In this document: one piece after another, positions 38,242 through 48,364 of the stretch
How positions within the stretch are numbered: the stretch's first letter is position 1
How the letters are laid out: every line of letters starts with the position of its first letter
Assembly: GCA_963662795.1 (NCBI GenBank)
Contig: OY759746.1
Coordinates: 2,176,001 to 2,240,000, forward strand
From: Spirochaetia bacterium
GTDB taxonomy: Bacteria; Spirochaetota; Spirochaetia; CADAEX01
Length of the DNA: 64,000 nt
Reading direction: 5' to 3'
The notes under the pieces: generated by a model
The model's database searches: none
What the model was told of the DNA's origin: nothing
The model's input: the letters and a program-made list of their open reading frames with translations, nothing else
Translations under genes and position numbers: made by a program

Positions 38242-38880
38242 ATGAAACAAGCTGATATCAGGCGCTTGTCGGATGAAATATTCACCCTTCTGGATTCCAA
38301 TTATCCGGATACAATAGAGTTTCTCCGCTACCACAGCAGCTTCGAACTTTTAATCTCGGTTATCCTTTCAGCGCAGACTACAGACCGGCAGGTGATGGAA
38401 GTAACCCCTGCGCTTTTCGGCAGGTATCCCGGTCCCCAGGAGCTTTCAGAAGGCAGTCTGGATGATATAATGGACATAATCAGGTCTACTGGGTTTTATA
38501 AGGTCAAGGCACAGAATATCAAAAAGACTGCCAAAATGCTTGTTCAGGATTTCAAAAGCACAGTTCCGGATACAATTGAAAAACTAATCCTTTTGCCGGG
38601 TGTAGGGAGGAAAAGCGCCAATGTGATTTTAGGTGCTGTATTCGGAAAACCTGCTGTAATAGTTGATACCCATTTCGCCCGGGTTGTAAAAAGGCTCGGC
38701 CTGACTGAACAAAAAGATCCCGATAAAATTGAGTATGATATTGCCTTGCTTATTGCAAAAGAAAAACAGTACAGGTTTTCCATGACAGTAAATCTTCACG
38801 GCAGGGAAGTATGCCATGCCCGAAAGCCATTATGCGGCAGCTGTTTTTTAAGCCGCCTCTGCAGAAGCGCTGTTCTTTGA
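38242..38880 (+). CDS. nth: Endonuclease III
   Basis: LSAQTTD, LPGVGRKSA (HhH), VDTH and C-X6-C-X2-C-X5-C. Confidence 0.95.
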   Translation: MKQADIRRLSDEIFTLLDSNYPDTIEFLRYHSSFELLISVILSAQTTDRQVMEVTPALFGRYPGPQELSEGSLDDIMDIIRSTGFYKVKAQNIKKTAKMLVQDFKSTVPDTIEKLILLPGVGRKSANVILGAVFGKPAVIVDTHFARVVKRLGLTEQKDPDKIEYDIALLIAKEKQYRFSMTVNLHGREVCHARKPLCGSCFLSRLCRSAVL

Positions 38881-38905
38881 TATAAATAAGACTGATTTTA
38901 CACGT

Positions 38906-39349
38906 CTATTCAGAAAGTATTTTCTCCCATTCGTCATCAGAAACACCTGACTCAGAAAGGTGTCTGTTGAAATATTCAGAGCAGTTTTTAAGCCGCATGG
39001 CTGTATCAATTGAAATAGCGTGTTCAATTTCGCATGCCGAGCTGTCTGATTCTGCTTTTGAAAGCCTGAGGACAGATTGAAGAAAATCCCTTATAATATC
39101 GTGCTTTTTTCTTACTGTCGCAGCAATTTTTTTCCCCTTATCCGTAAGAGAAATAAAGGAATTTTTTTCATAGTTGACAAGACCCCGCTCTTTGAGGTTT
39201 TTAAGTGCGGATGTAACAGATGACATTTGAACATTAAGCTTGGCGGCAATATCCTTAACCCTGGCGACCCTGTTTTTTGATTCGAGAAAGAGAATGGCCT
39301 CGAGGTAGTCCTCAAGGCTTGTTGACAGTTTGGCCTTGTTGCTTGTCAT
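38906..39349 (-). CDS. DtxR/MntR family metal-dependent regulator
   Basis: SLEDYLEAI...ARVKDIA...SSVT...ACEIEH. Confidence 0.92.
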   Translation of the reverse strand: MTSNKAKLSTSLEDYLEAILFLESKNRVARVKDIAAKLNVQMSSVTSALKNLKERGLVNYEKNSFISLTDKGKKIAATVRKKHDIIRDFLQSVLRLSKAESDSSACEIEHAISIDTAMRLKNCSEYFNRHLSESGVSDDEWEKILSE

Positions 39350-39533
39350 AATAATATAAAAGTACATCAGGGTGAGCATATTTGCAACTAAGAAAAAAGA
39401 GATTCAGGAAGAACATATGGAAAAAATACTTGCAACTATCGCCCTGCAGATTTATGTTATATAATTATTGTGCTATATATAGTACAATTCTATTCGTATA
39501 ATTAAACCGTATATTAAAAAAGAAGGTGAAAAA

Positions 39534-41216
39534 TTGAATTCAAAGGAAAATCACAACTTTGAAAGTTTTGAAGAACTTAAATTACACTACATTAACAATC
39601 TCCCTCTTGATATTGGAAATATTTCCGATAAATTCGAAGTTTTATCTTCTTCCGGGATAAATAAAATAAATGCTGCAGAGCTAAGGACTGATATTCATAA
39701 GCTGGCCGGATCAGCCGGCAGTTTCGGTTTTAAGGAAATAAGCACAATACTTAAAAGGATTGATCAGTATTTAACAAAATATATTGAGAATGAAATATCT
39801 GATAATGATTTTGATAAGCAGTATGTAAAAGAAACAATTCAGGAAGTAAGGGAAAAACTTTCAGGATCCAGAAATCCGTCTGTTGTAAGAAACCTTCATT
39901 CTGTTACAACGCTCCCTGTAACTCATGGAAGGGTATTTGAAAAAATACCTGCCACATGGGATAAAAATCTGATTATATGCAATCCTGAAAAACAGAATTA
40001 TCTTGAAGAACTGAGAGGTAAACTCTCATATTTCGGATATAAGGTCGAATATTTTACAGATAAAGATGAAGCTGTGAAGCGCATTGAAAATGAGTCTATT
40101 TATCTTGCGCTTGTTGATGTTGACTGTCTTCAGAAAAATCCTGAATTGGGTGCCAGACTTGTTAAAATAAAGGAAAAAAGGGAATGCACAAAGTTAATCT
40201 ATACATCAGCCCATAATGATTTTTTGACCCGTCTTTTCGCGCTCAAGAGCGGGGGAGATGCTTTTTTTGAAAGCCCGATAAATATTATAAAGCTTGTTGA
40301 TAAAATTGAATTTTTTGCAGACAGCCGCAGGATAAAACCTGATCACATTCTTATTATTGATGACGATATGGATACCCTTTCCTACTATGCGCATCTTTTC
40401 CAGGAGTACGGAATGATAACTTCGGTTACTTCTGACCCCTATTCTGCTTTTGATCTGATAATAGAGGCTTCGCCTGACCTGGTTTTTATTGATATGCTGA
40501 TGCCGGGGTGCAACGGACTGGAACTCGCCTCTGTAATAAGGCAGCATGAGGAGTTTGTTTCAACTCCTATCATTCTTTATTCTGCGTTTGATAAGCCTGA
40601 TTTTATTGATACAGGAGTCCCTTTTTCCGGAGATGAATTTATCAATAAATCTGTGAATGATGAAATACTTGTAAACATTGTTACAAACAGGATCTACAGG
40701 TCAAAAAATCTAAGACATTTCATGGAAAGGGATTCTCTTACCGGGCTGCTTAATCATACAAATCTGAATGACGGCTTCTACAGGGAGCTCCTGCGGGCTG
40801 ACCGTATGCAGCTTCCGTTAAGTTACGCAATGATAGACCTTGATAATTTTAAATCTGTTAACGATAAATACGGACATCTTGTCGGAGACACAATACTAAA
40901 AAGTCTTGCGTATATGCTGATTGAAAGACTCAGAACTACTGATATTATTGGCCGTTACGGCGGGGAAGAGTTTGTTGTAATTCTTAATAACACTTCCGTG
41001 GAAAATGCAAAAAAAGTTCTGGATGGAATAAGGGTAAATTTTTCTAAAATATCTCACAGCACGAAAGACGAGCAGTTTAGTGTGACTTTCAGCTGCGGTA
41101 TAGCAGGCTATCCTGATTTTTCTCTTGCAGAAACTATCTCCGAAGCGGCAGATAAAGCCCTTTATACGGCTAAGAATCAGGGAAAGAACCGGGTTGTTAT
41201 CTATGGGGACAGTTAA
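39534..41216 (+). CDS. Hpt-REC-REC-GGDEF diguanylate cyclase response regulator
   Basis: HKLAGSAGSFG, IIDDD...DMLMP, RDSLTGL and GRYGGEEF. Confidence 0.9.
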   Translation: MNSKENHNFESFEELKLHYINNLPLDIGNISDKFEVLSSSGINKINAAELRTDIHKLAGSAGSFGFKEISTILKRIDQYLTKYIENEISDNDFDKQYVKETIQEVREKLSGSRNPSVVRNLHSVTTLPVTHGRVFEKIPATWDKNLIICNPEKQNYLEELRGKLSYFGYKVEYFTDKDEAVKRIENESIYLALVDVDCLQKNPELGARLVKIKEKRECTKLIYTSAHNDFLTRLFALKSGGDAFFESPINIIKLVDKIEFFADSRRIKPDHILIIDDDMDTLSYYAHLFQEYGMITSVTSDPYSAFDLIIEASPDLVFIDMLMPGCNGLELASVIRQHEEFVSTPIILYSAFDKPDFIDTGVPFSGDEFINKSVNDEILVNIVTNRIYRSKNLRHFMERDSLTGLLNHTNLNDGFYRELLRADRMQLPLSYAMIDLDNFKSVNDKYGHLVGDTILKSLAYMLIERLRTTDIIGRYGGEEFVVILNNTSVENAKKVLDGIRVNFSKISHSTKDEQFSVTFSCGIAGYPDFSLAETISEAADKALYTAKNQGKNRVVIYGDS

Positions 41217-42972
41217 GGCCGTTTCAGCAGCATTGTTAATTTTTTTTAGTGTTTATCTTCTCTCCTGTGAGACTAACGAAGGTTATTTTTACGGGAAAAT
41301 CAAAAACAACGGTAAATACGAAAAAACAGTATTGCGGTTTGAAAAAAGCAGTGATAAAAAAACAGGGTATTATAGATTTAAAAAACCATACATTATCGAA
41401 AACAGCGGTCAGCCGGTGTTCTTCAAATCTGAAATACCTGAAGTAAATGGATCGTTTTTTTTTACTATACATACAGCATCTCCCTCCTCCCCCGATACCC
41501 GGACAGAATCTATACATAGCATTGAATTTTCGTCAGAAGGGCCTTCAAAAGCAGTTCTTTTTTTTAGTATGCAGGGGCCTTCATCTATCAAAGGTTTTTC
41601 TATAACTGAATTAACCGAAGAAAGCGAATCAGCTGGATATCAGAGCGGGAAAAAAACAAAAGAGGAAAACAGGGATATTTCCGGGTCTTCAGGTCCAATT
41701 GAGGTGAGGATAATAGCAGGTACTGAATACAGGGAAGGATTTTTAAGGGAAAATGGATTTATTTATCAGAGTGAAAATTTTCACAGGATAACTGAAGACG
41801 GGGAAGAAGTTTTTTCTTTTAATTCCGGAAACGGAAACGGAATTAAAAGTCTTGATAAAATTAAGATAAGAGTGGAAAACGGACCTTTATACAGTCATGA
41901 TGAAAATATATTGCTGGTGAATTTTTATTCCAAAGGTATTAAAAAAAGTGTTAAGGCCCTTCCGGTGAGGGATGAAATAAATTTTACTCCGGCGGATTTA
42001 AAAACAATATTTCCTGCGCTGCCGGATGAGTTAAGGTTTTCTGTTACTTCTTTAAATGGAGCTTCCAGCCCTGTGGTAAAGGGTGTTTCAGTTTTTCGCA
42101 GTTCAGAAAACCAGACTCATTCTGATTATTCGGCGATAAAAGCTGATTTTAATTCCATGCTTGATTACAGTATTGAAAAATGGAGAACCGCAAACTATGA
42201 ACTGTTTTCCTGGTCGGTTTTTCCTGAATTTCTTCTTATTGATACAATAGACTACAGATTCCAGAATGCAATGTTCAAGAGGCTTGCCTTTTTTGTGGAA
42301 AAGCCTGGTGCTGCGGGAAAGCTTCTTACAGACAGTGAGATGGAAAAACTGCATGGATGGAATGCCCATGATTACAGGGCCGAGGACCTTTGCAGGTTTT
42401 TTAATCTGGCGGAGGAAACAGGTTTTAACCTCTCTGAAGAAGAGGAAATACTTAAAATGCTGCTCCTTGAAAACAAAATAATCCGGAATGATCAGGGCGG
42501 CAAGGAATATCTTCCTTCAGGGGGCGGTATTCTGTCTATTTCAAGGGAATCAAACCCTTTTCTGCGGAAAGTATTTATTTCCCATGAGGGATATCACGGT
42601 GTCTTTTTTTCATCAAAGGAATTCAGGGAAAAGTGCGGATTGATATGGAACAAAACTCCGGAAGATGTAAAAACTTTCTGGAAATTTTTCCTTGCCCATA
42701 AGCATTATGATATTTCAAACAGTTACCTTGTTATTAATGAATTCATGGCCTACAACCTTCAGCAGACGCCGGATAAGGGTAGAGATTATTTTTTTGAATA
42801 TATAATTCCCGCCCTCTATGATAATTATCCCTCACGGAAAGATTTTCTGGATAATATCAATGAAAATTACCGGGAAGAATTTTATGAAATAAGCACTGAC
42901 ATTGCAGCAGCCCTGTATGAAACAACAGGCCTTCCGCCCGGCAAGCTTCTCTTTATTGAAAACAGTCCCTGA
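41203..42972 (+). CDS. Hypothetical exported or lipoprotein with HExxH motif
   Basis: Hydrophobic N-terminus ending LLSC; C-terminal KRLAFFVEK, HGWNAHDY, HEGYH and NEFMAY. Confidence 0.7.
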   Translation: MGTVKAVSAALLIFFSVYLLSCETNEGYFYGKIKNNGKYEKTVLRFEKSSDKKTGYYRFKKPYIIENSGQPVFFKSEIPEVNGSFFFTIHTASPSSPDTRTESIHSIEFSSEGPSKAVLFFSMQGPSSIKGFSITELTEESESAGYQSGKKTKEENRDISGSSGPIEVRIIAGTEYREGFLRENGFIYQSENFHRITEDGEEVFSFNSGNGNGIKSLDKIKIRVENGPLYSHDENILLVNFYSKGIKKSVKALPVRDEINFTPADLKTIFPALPDELRFSVTSLNGASSPVVKGVSVFRSSENQTHSDYSAIKADFNSMLDYSIEKWRTANYELFSWSVFPEFLLIDTIDYRFQNAMFKRLAFFVEKPGAAGKLLTDSEMEKLHGWNAHDYRAEDLCRFFNLAEETGFNLSEEEEILKMLLLENKIIRNDQGGKEYLPSGGGILSISRESNPFLRKVFISHEGYHGVFFSSKEFREKCGLIWNKTPEDVKTFWKFFLAHKHYDISNSYLVINEFMAYNLQQTPDKGRDYFFEYIIPALYDNYPSRKDFLDNINENYREEFYEISTDIAAALYETTGLPPGKLLFIENSP

Positions 42973-43020
42973 GTCTGCCTCTGTAACTGCCAATGGGAGC
43001 CGGTAAAGCAAACTTCAGGG

Positions 43021-43074
43021 CGGATATTATCCGCCGGGATATTATCCGCCCCTGTTGTCCGCCCCTGTTGTCCG
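43021..43074. repeat. Short tandem duplications between convergent genes
   Basis: GGATATTATCCGCC twice, then CCGCCCCTGTTGT twice. Confidence 0.6.
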
Positions 43075-43119
43075 AACCCTTTTCAGGTTGAATCCTTGTC
43101 AGGATAGATCATCATCAGA

Positions 43120-44490
43120 TCACAATTTATTCTCAACCTCTGTAATTGCCTCTTCTATTGCATTGAGCGCAAAATCCATCTCTTTTTTTGTTATAACAAG
43201 AGACGGGGTCAGCGTAAGGATATTCCCCATAGTAAGCTTGAAGCTGACTCCTTTCGACAGAGCCCTGTACATAACCTCTTCCGCCTCTTCCGATGCAATC
43301 TCCCGTGTTTCCCTGTTCTTTACCAGCTCAATCCCGATAAAAAGGCCTATTCCTCTTACAGCTCCTATCAGCGGATGCCGCTCCATCATCTCATTCGCTT
43401 TTTTAAGTGAATACTCCCCCAGGATTCTTGAATGCTCTACAAGCTTGTTTTTTTCAATGTAGTTAATGGCTGCAAGCCCTGCCGCAGCTCCAAGAGTGCT
43501 TTTTTCGTGTGTGAAGTGTCCGAGCGCGATATGGCCTGCCACATCAAGCCTTTCGTCTGCTATAACAGCCGCGATTGGAAATACTCCGCCGCCGAGTCCT
43601 TTCCCGATGACAAGAATATCCGGGGTAACATCAAAATTCTGGCATGTAAACCACTGGCCCGTTCTTCCAAGAGCGTGAGGAATTTCATCGAAAATGAGGA
43701 GGGCCCCGTATTTGTCACAGGCTTTTCTGACAATCTGCCAGTATTCTTTCGAAGGGACATAAGGTGTGCTTCTCATCGGTTCTGAAATAACTGCAGCGAT
43801 ATCACCCTCTTTTTCAAGAATATACTCGATATACTTTGCCCAGAGTATCTCCCACTCTTCAGGTTTTCCTATGTCCATGAACCGTCTGTGAATATCAGGC
43901 GGGGGAACGTGTTCTGTTCCGCTTGACAGGGGGCCGATCCCTTTTCTGAAAACTGCCTCACCCCCGATAGAAATTGTATCGAGCGTCGCGCCGTGAAAAG
44001 AATCCCACATTGAAATTGTCTTATATCTTCCTGTTGCTATACGGGCAAGCTTAATCGCGATTGAGTTTGCTTCCGCGCCTCCGGGGGCAAAAAGCATTTT
44101 ATTGAGGTTTCCCGGGGTGAGGGATGCAATTTTTTTGGCGAATTCTATCACAATTTTGTTTGTATACCGCCGTGTACAAAAGGGAAGTTCATCCAGTTGT
44201 TTTTTTACTGCATCAATAACGTCCTGATTTCCGAAACCGACCTGATGTACATTGTTGCCGTGGAAATCAAGATATTTTCTCCCTTCATAGTCTTCTATCC
44301 AGGCGCCTTTTGCTGATGCAAGGACATTAAGGCATGGGGATGAGAGCGATTGTTTTAAAAAATATCTGCTGTCCTCCTCAAGTATTTCCGCGGTTTCTTT
44401 TCCTATATTTTCATCCTGCCACTGCTTTCTTTTTTCCGAGATATTAATATCACCTTCCAGCTTAAGCTGGCTGCTCATTTTTTCCGGCAT
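43120..44490 (-). CDS. pbfA: Class III PLP enzyme, probable (R)-1-hydroxy-2-aminoethylphosphonate ammonia-lyase
   Basis: EGDINIS...ED.RYFLKQSLSSPCL, DFHGNNVHQ, WDSFHGATL, DEIP, GKGLGGG and GHFTHEK recall the PbfA subfamily. Confidence 0.7.
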   Translation of the reverse strand: MPEKMSSQLKLEGDINISEKRKQWQDENIGKETAEILEEDSRYFLKQSLSSPCLNVLASAKGAWIEDYEGRKYLDFHGNNVHQVGFGNQDVIDAVKKQLDELPFCTRRYTNKIVIEFAKKIASLTPGNLNKMLFAPGGAEANSIAIKLARIATGRYKTISMWDSFHGATLDTISIGGEAVFRKGIGPLSSGTEHVPPPDIHRRFMDIGKPEEWEILWAKYIEYILEKEGDIAAVISEPMRSTPYVPSKEYWQIVRKACDKYGALLIFDEIPHALGRTGQWFTCQNFDVTPDILVIGKGLGGGVFPIAAVIADERLDVAGHIALGHFTHEKSTLGAAAGLAAINYIEKNKLVEHSRILGEYSLKKANEMMERHPLIGAVRGIGLFIGIELVKNRETREIASEEAEEVMYRALSKGVSFKLTMGNILTLTPSLVITKKEMDFALNAIEEAITEVENKL

Positions 44491-44642
44491 GGGCCCTCCT
44501 TATTCAATTATTTTCAAAATATAGCTGAGAGACACAATTGTGTCAACAAATGTATATACAAATATAGTTAGAGTTGATATGAAAATATGCATTTTTTATA
44601 AAAAAATGATTATAATCATATTATATAATATTAAGATTTGTT

Positions 44643-44710
44643 ATCATAATAAAATATGATAATTAATATAATATAAATTTATTGACAATAAAACAAACTG
44701 CCCTGATAAT
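44643..44710 (+). promoter_or_regulatory. LysR-type operator plus promoter of TAXI gene 1
   Basis: ATCATAATAAAATATGATAAT (44643-44663), then TTGACA (44682)-N17-GATAAT. Confidence 0.8.
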
Positions 44711-44779
44711 TTATTATGTTGATCAATAAACAGTAAATATATGCCAAAAAGAATGACTAATTATTTAGGGAGGAGTTTA

Positions 44780-45772
44780 ATGAAAAAGATAATTTTATTG
44801 GGGCTGATCCTTATTGTTGCACCGTGCCTGGTTTTTTCCGGCGGTGCAGGTGAGCAAGGGTATTCGGCAATTATGGGAAGCTCAAGTCTTGGAGGAACAT
44901 GGTATCCGACAGCGGCAAGAATGGCAGGCGCCGCGATGGAACATGGTGGCATAATAATAACTGTCCAGTCATCCGGCGGCGGAACAGAAAATGTAAGACT
45001 TATGAGGCAGGACCAGTATCAGATGGGACTTTGTGAACCAAATATTGCCAACTACGCATATAAAGGTGTTAAATTATTCAAGGATGACGGGCCATATGAC
45101 AATCTTACATTTGTTACAAACCTTTACCCAAATGCGGCCTGCGCGGTTGTTCACAAGGGCGGCCCGATAAAAACAATGTATGATTATAACATGGACAGCA
45201 ATGGTGGAAAAAAATACGGATTTGCTCCGGGAAGTCCGGGATCAGGTGATGAATACTGCTGGGAAGAGATTTTCAGCATCTATGGCGCAAACAAAACAAA
45301 CATGAACTGGAAGCCCCTTTCCCACAATGAAAGAGTTATGGCTTTCAAGGACAGAATTCTTGAAGGAATAGGTTATACGACAGCACAGCCTTCAGGGAGT
45401 ATAATTGAAGCATCAGCACAGACTCCAATCAGAATTTTGGAGATAACGGGAAAAGACAGGGAAAAAATAATCAAAGAATTCCCCTGGTATTCTCCGGCGG
45501 TAATCCCTGCAGGCATGTATAATGGCATTGATGCTGATGTGGAAACAATTTCAATCGGCGGATTTGTTCTTGCCAACAAGGATGTTCCAGAGGATTTTAT
45601 TTACAGATATCTTTCCGCTGTTTACGGCAAAGGACTTAAAAGTGTTCAGGGTGTGGCAGAAGCAACAAAAGATATAAAACTTGAAAATTCCATTAATGGC
45701 AATGAGACTGCTTCGATGGCATTTCATGCCGGTGCTGAAAAATTTTACAGGGAAAAAGGTCTCCTGAAATAG
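44780..45772 (+). CDS. TAXI family TRAP solute-binding protein 1
   Basis: SSLGGTWYP, SGGGTENV, GSPGSG and FHAGAEKFYREKG. Confidence 0.92.
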   Translation: MKKIILLGLILIVAPCLVFSGGAGEQGYSAIMGSSSLGGTWYPTAARMAGAAMEHGGIIITVQSSGGGTENVRLMRQDQYQMGLCEPNIANYAYKGVKLFKDDGPYDNLTFVTNLYPNAACAVVHKGGPIKTMYDYNMDSNGGKKYGFAPGSPGSGDEYCWEEIFSIYGANKTNMNWKPLSHNERVMAFKDRILEGIGYTTAQPSGSIIEASAQTPIRILEITGKDREKIIKEFPWYSPAVIPAGMYNGIDADVETISIGGFVLANKDVPEDFIYRYLSAVYGKGLKSVQGVAEATKDIKLENSINGNETASMAFHAGAEKFYREKGLLK

Positions 45773-45943
45773 AAATTATTAAGCTGATCGCCTTTTAAGC
45801 GGGGTATTTAAACAGATATCCCGCATTTTTTCCCTCTGATAATACTGAAAATTATCAGTGCATTAATTTAATCTCTCTATTTTACTTTCTGTAATTCGTG
45901 AATATTATTAATTCCAGCCGTAAAAATAGAAACCAAAAAACAG

Positions 45944-45972
45944 TTGACAAAAGATTGAATCAGAGTGATAAT
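45944..45972 (+). promoter_or_regulatory. Sigma70 promoter of TAXI gene 2
   Basis: TTGACA-N17-GATAAT. Confidence 0.7.
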
Positions 45973-46022
45973 TTTCCTAACAGTAAATTAACTAAATTTT
46001 AACACTAATAAAGGAGAGAAGT

Positions 46023-47021
46023 ATGAAGAGAATTTTAATTTTTCTACTAATTGCCTTCCTGTTTACCAGTTTTGCATTTGCAGCTGGACAGGGAGAAGCT
46101 GGTGGAAAAAAATACTCAGCAATCATGGGAAGTTCAAGCCTTGGTGGATCATGGTATCCTATGGCTAGTAGACTTGCCGGTGTAGCAATGAAGTACGGCG
46201 ATATAGTAATAACTGTACAGTCCTCAGGCGGCGGTACAGAGAACGTAAGACTTATGAAACAGGGTCAGTATAACATGGGTCTCTGCGAACCAAACGCAGC
46301 CAACTATGCTTATCAGGGAATTAAAATGTTTGCCAAAGAAGGCAAATTTGATAACCTCAGATATGTTATGGGCCTTTATCCGCTTCCTTTGACAGCAGTT
46401 GTTCATAAAGACGGTCCTATTACAAGCCTTGGTGATTTTGATAAGGCAAAAACAGGTAAAAGCTACGGTTTTTCACCTGGAAGCCCGGGATCAGGCGATG
46501 AAGTCAGCTGGCTTGAAGTTTTCGAAGCTTACGGCGTTAAAAAAGATGACATGAACTGGAAACCACTTTCACATAATGAAAGAGTAATGGCTTTCAAAGA
46601 CAGAATTCTTGAATGCGTAGCTTTTGAAACAGCTCAGCCTGCAGGTGCTATAATCGAACTTTCAGCTCAGAACCCGATCAGAATTATTGAAATCAAGGGC
46701 GCAGAAAGAGACAAGATTCTCAAAGCTCTTCCTTTCTATGGTAAATATACACTTCCTGCTGGAATGTATAACGGTCAGGATACAGCAGTTGAAACAATCT
46801 TCCTTGGCGGATTTTGTCTTGCCAATGCAGATGTTCCAGAAGATTTTATCTACAAATATCTGACAGCAATTTATGGACCTGGTCTTTCCGAAGTACAGAG
46901 TGTATTCCCGGTAGCAAAAGAAATTACCCTGAAAACAGCTATTCTTGGAAATGAGAACGGAGAAATCCCTTTCCACCCAGGTGCTCTTAAATTCTACAAG
47001 GAAAAAGGTCTTCTTAAATAA
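46023..47021 (+). CDS. TAXI family TRAP solute-binding protein 2
   Basis: Close paralog of the previous gene. Confidence 0.92.
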   Translation: MKRILIFLLIAFLFTSFAFAAGQGEAGGKKYSAIMGSSSLGGSWYPMASRLAGVAMKYGDIVITVQSSGGGTENVRLMKQGQYNMGLCEPNAANYAYQGIKMFAKEGKFDNLRYVMGLYPLPLTAVVHKDGPITSLGDFDKAKTGKSYGFSPGSPGSGDEVSWLEVFEAYGVKKDDMNWKPLSHNERVMAFKDRILECVAFETAQPAGAIIELSAQNPIRIIEIKGAERDKILKALPFYGKYTLPAGMYNGQDTAVETIFLGGFCLANADVPEDFIYKYLTAIYGPGLSEVQSVFPVAKEITLKTAILGNENGEIPFHPGALKFYKEKGLLK

Positions 47022-47049
47022 TTCTAATATATAGAGTTAGAGAAAGATT

Positions 47050-47080
47050 AAAAGCCATACCGCAAGGTATGGCTTTTTTT
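47050..47080 (+). terminator. Rho-independent terminator
   Basis: AAAAGCCATACC-GCAA-GGTATGGCTTTTTTT. Confidence 0.9.
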
Positions 47081-47267
47081 ATGGTCTGCACGGTATAGCC
47101 GGTAATTCCGGCAGACCCGGCAGTACTGCTGCTGATGACAGATCAGATGTTTTATCCGGACAGGTATATCTATTACGGGATAATAAAGATAATTGTTTTG
47201 CCCGAAAAGTTACTAAAAAAAATTTGTATTGTATTATTCAGCTTTATTAAATATAGTATTTAAAGTA

Positions 47268-48188
47268 ATGAACCTATATCATTTAAAGACTTTTTTTTAT
47301 ACTGCCAAATACAGGAGCTTCACAAAAGCGGCTGATGTACTTTGTATTACCCAGCCGGCTGTAACGAGACAGATTCAGGAGCTTCAGTCTACTCATAACC
47401 TTGTTTTGTTTAACAGGATAGGGAAAAAAATCCTTCTCACCGATGCCGGTGAGGCGTTGTACTCTCTGGCTGAGAAAATATTCGAGCTTGAAACACAGGT
47501 TGAAGAAAGCATCCGGGATTTTCAGCAGCAGAAAAGCGGTAAAATAAGTATTGTGACGTCCGAAACTTTCGGCGGTTTTTATCTTCCTAAGATTATAATA
47601 AAGTTTAACCAGAAATATCCTGATATATATGTTTCTGCAATGACTCTTAATGATTTTTATGTTGTTGATTATGTTTCAAGACTTACCTATGATTTCGGTT
47701 TTTTATCGAAAGAGATGTCTCACCCTAAAATTATTGTAAAAGAACTGTTTGAGGAAGACATTGTCATGATAATCAACCCGGAACATCCTCTTGCAGGAAA
47801 AAGCATTATTGAACCTCACGAACTGGATAATATCCCGATGATAATGCCTGAGCAGGACAGCGGTACCCGCAATATTCTTAACGAATTCAAAAAAAGACAT
47901 GATCTGAAATTTAATGTTGTATGTGAGTTTTCAAACAACGATTCAATAAAAACCCTTGTTCAGGAAGGAATGGGCGTTTCCCTTATCTCAAGAAATGTTG
48001 TAAAGAATGAGATAAAGAGGGGAGAACTTGCATCTCTTAATATAAATGATAAAGGTTTAACGAGAAAATATTATATCACTTATCATAAGGAAAAATACTT
48101 TACAAAGACGATAGCTGAATTTATCGCAATAACATATCAGTGGTCTAATGAGTATATGAATGAATACGGCCGCGGTCCGGTATTATAA
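47268..48188 (+). CDS. LysR family transcriptional regulator
   Basis: SFTKAADVLCITQPAVTRQI...LFNR...LTDAG. Confidence 0.95.
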   Translation: MNLYHLKTFFYTAKYRSFTKAADVLCITQPAVTRQIQELQSTHNLVLFNRIGKKILLTDAGEALYSLAEKIFELETQVEESIRDFQQQKSGKISIVTSETFGGFYLPKIIIKFNQKYPDIYVSAMTLNDFYVVDYVSRLTYDFGFLSKEMSHPKIIVKELFEEDIVMIINPEHPLAGKSIIEPHELDNIPMIMPEQDSGTRNILNEFKKRHDLKFNVVCEFSNNDSIKTLVQEGMGVSLISRNVVKNEIKRGELASLNINDKGLTRKYYITYHKEKYFTKTIAEFIAITYQWSNEYMNEYGRGPVL

Positions 48189-48231
48189 AATTACCCTGCA
48201 TCGATTATACTTCTTAATATAATATCCACAA

Positions 48232-48299
48232 ATCATAATAAAATATGATAATAATTATAATTAATAATTATTGACAAAGCTCACTCCAAAAAAGATAAT
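48232..48299 (+). promoter_or_regulatory. Second copy of the LysR-type operator plus promoter
   Basis: Identical 21-mer at 48232-48252, then TTGACA (48271)-N17-GATAAT. Confidence 0.8.
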
Positions 48300-48364
48300 A
48301 TATTTAAGATTATTAATCTTTATAATAAGTATAATTAAATATTATACAACAAGGAGATGAAAAC

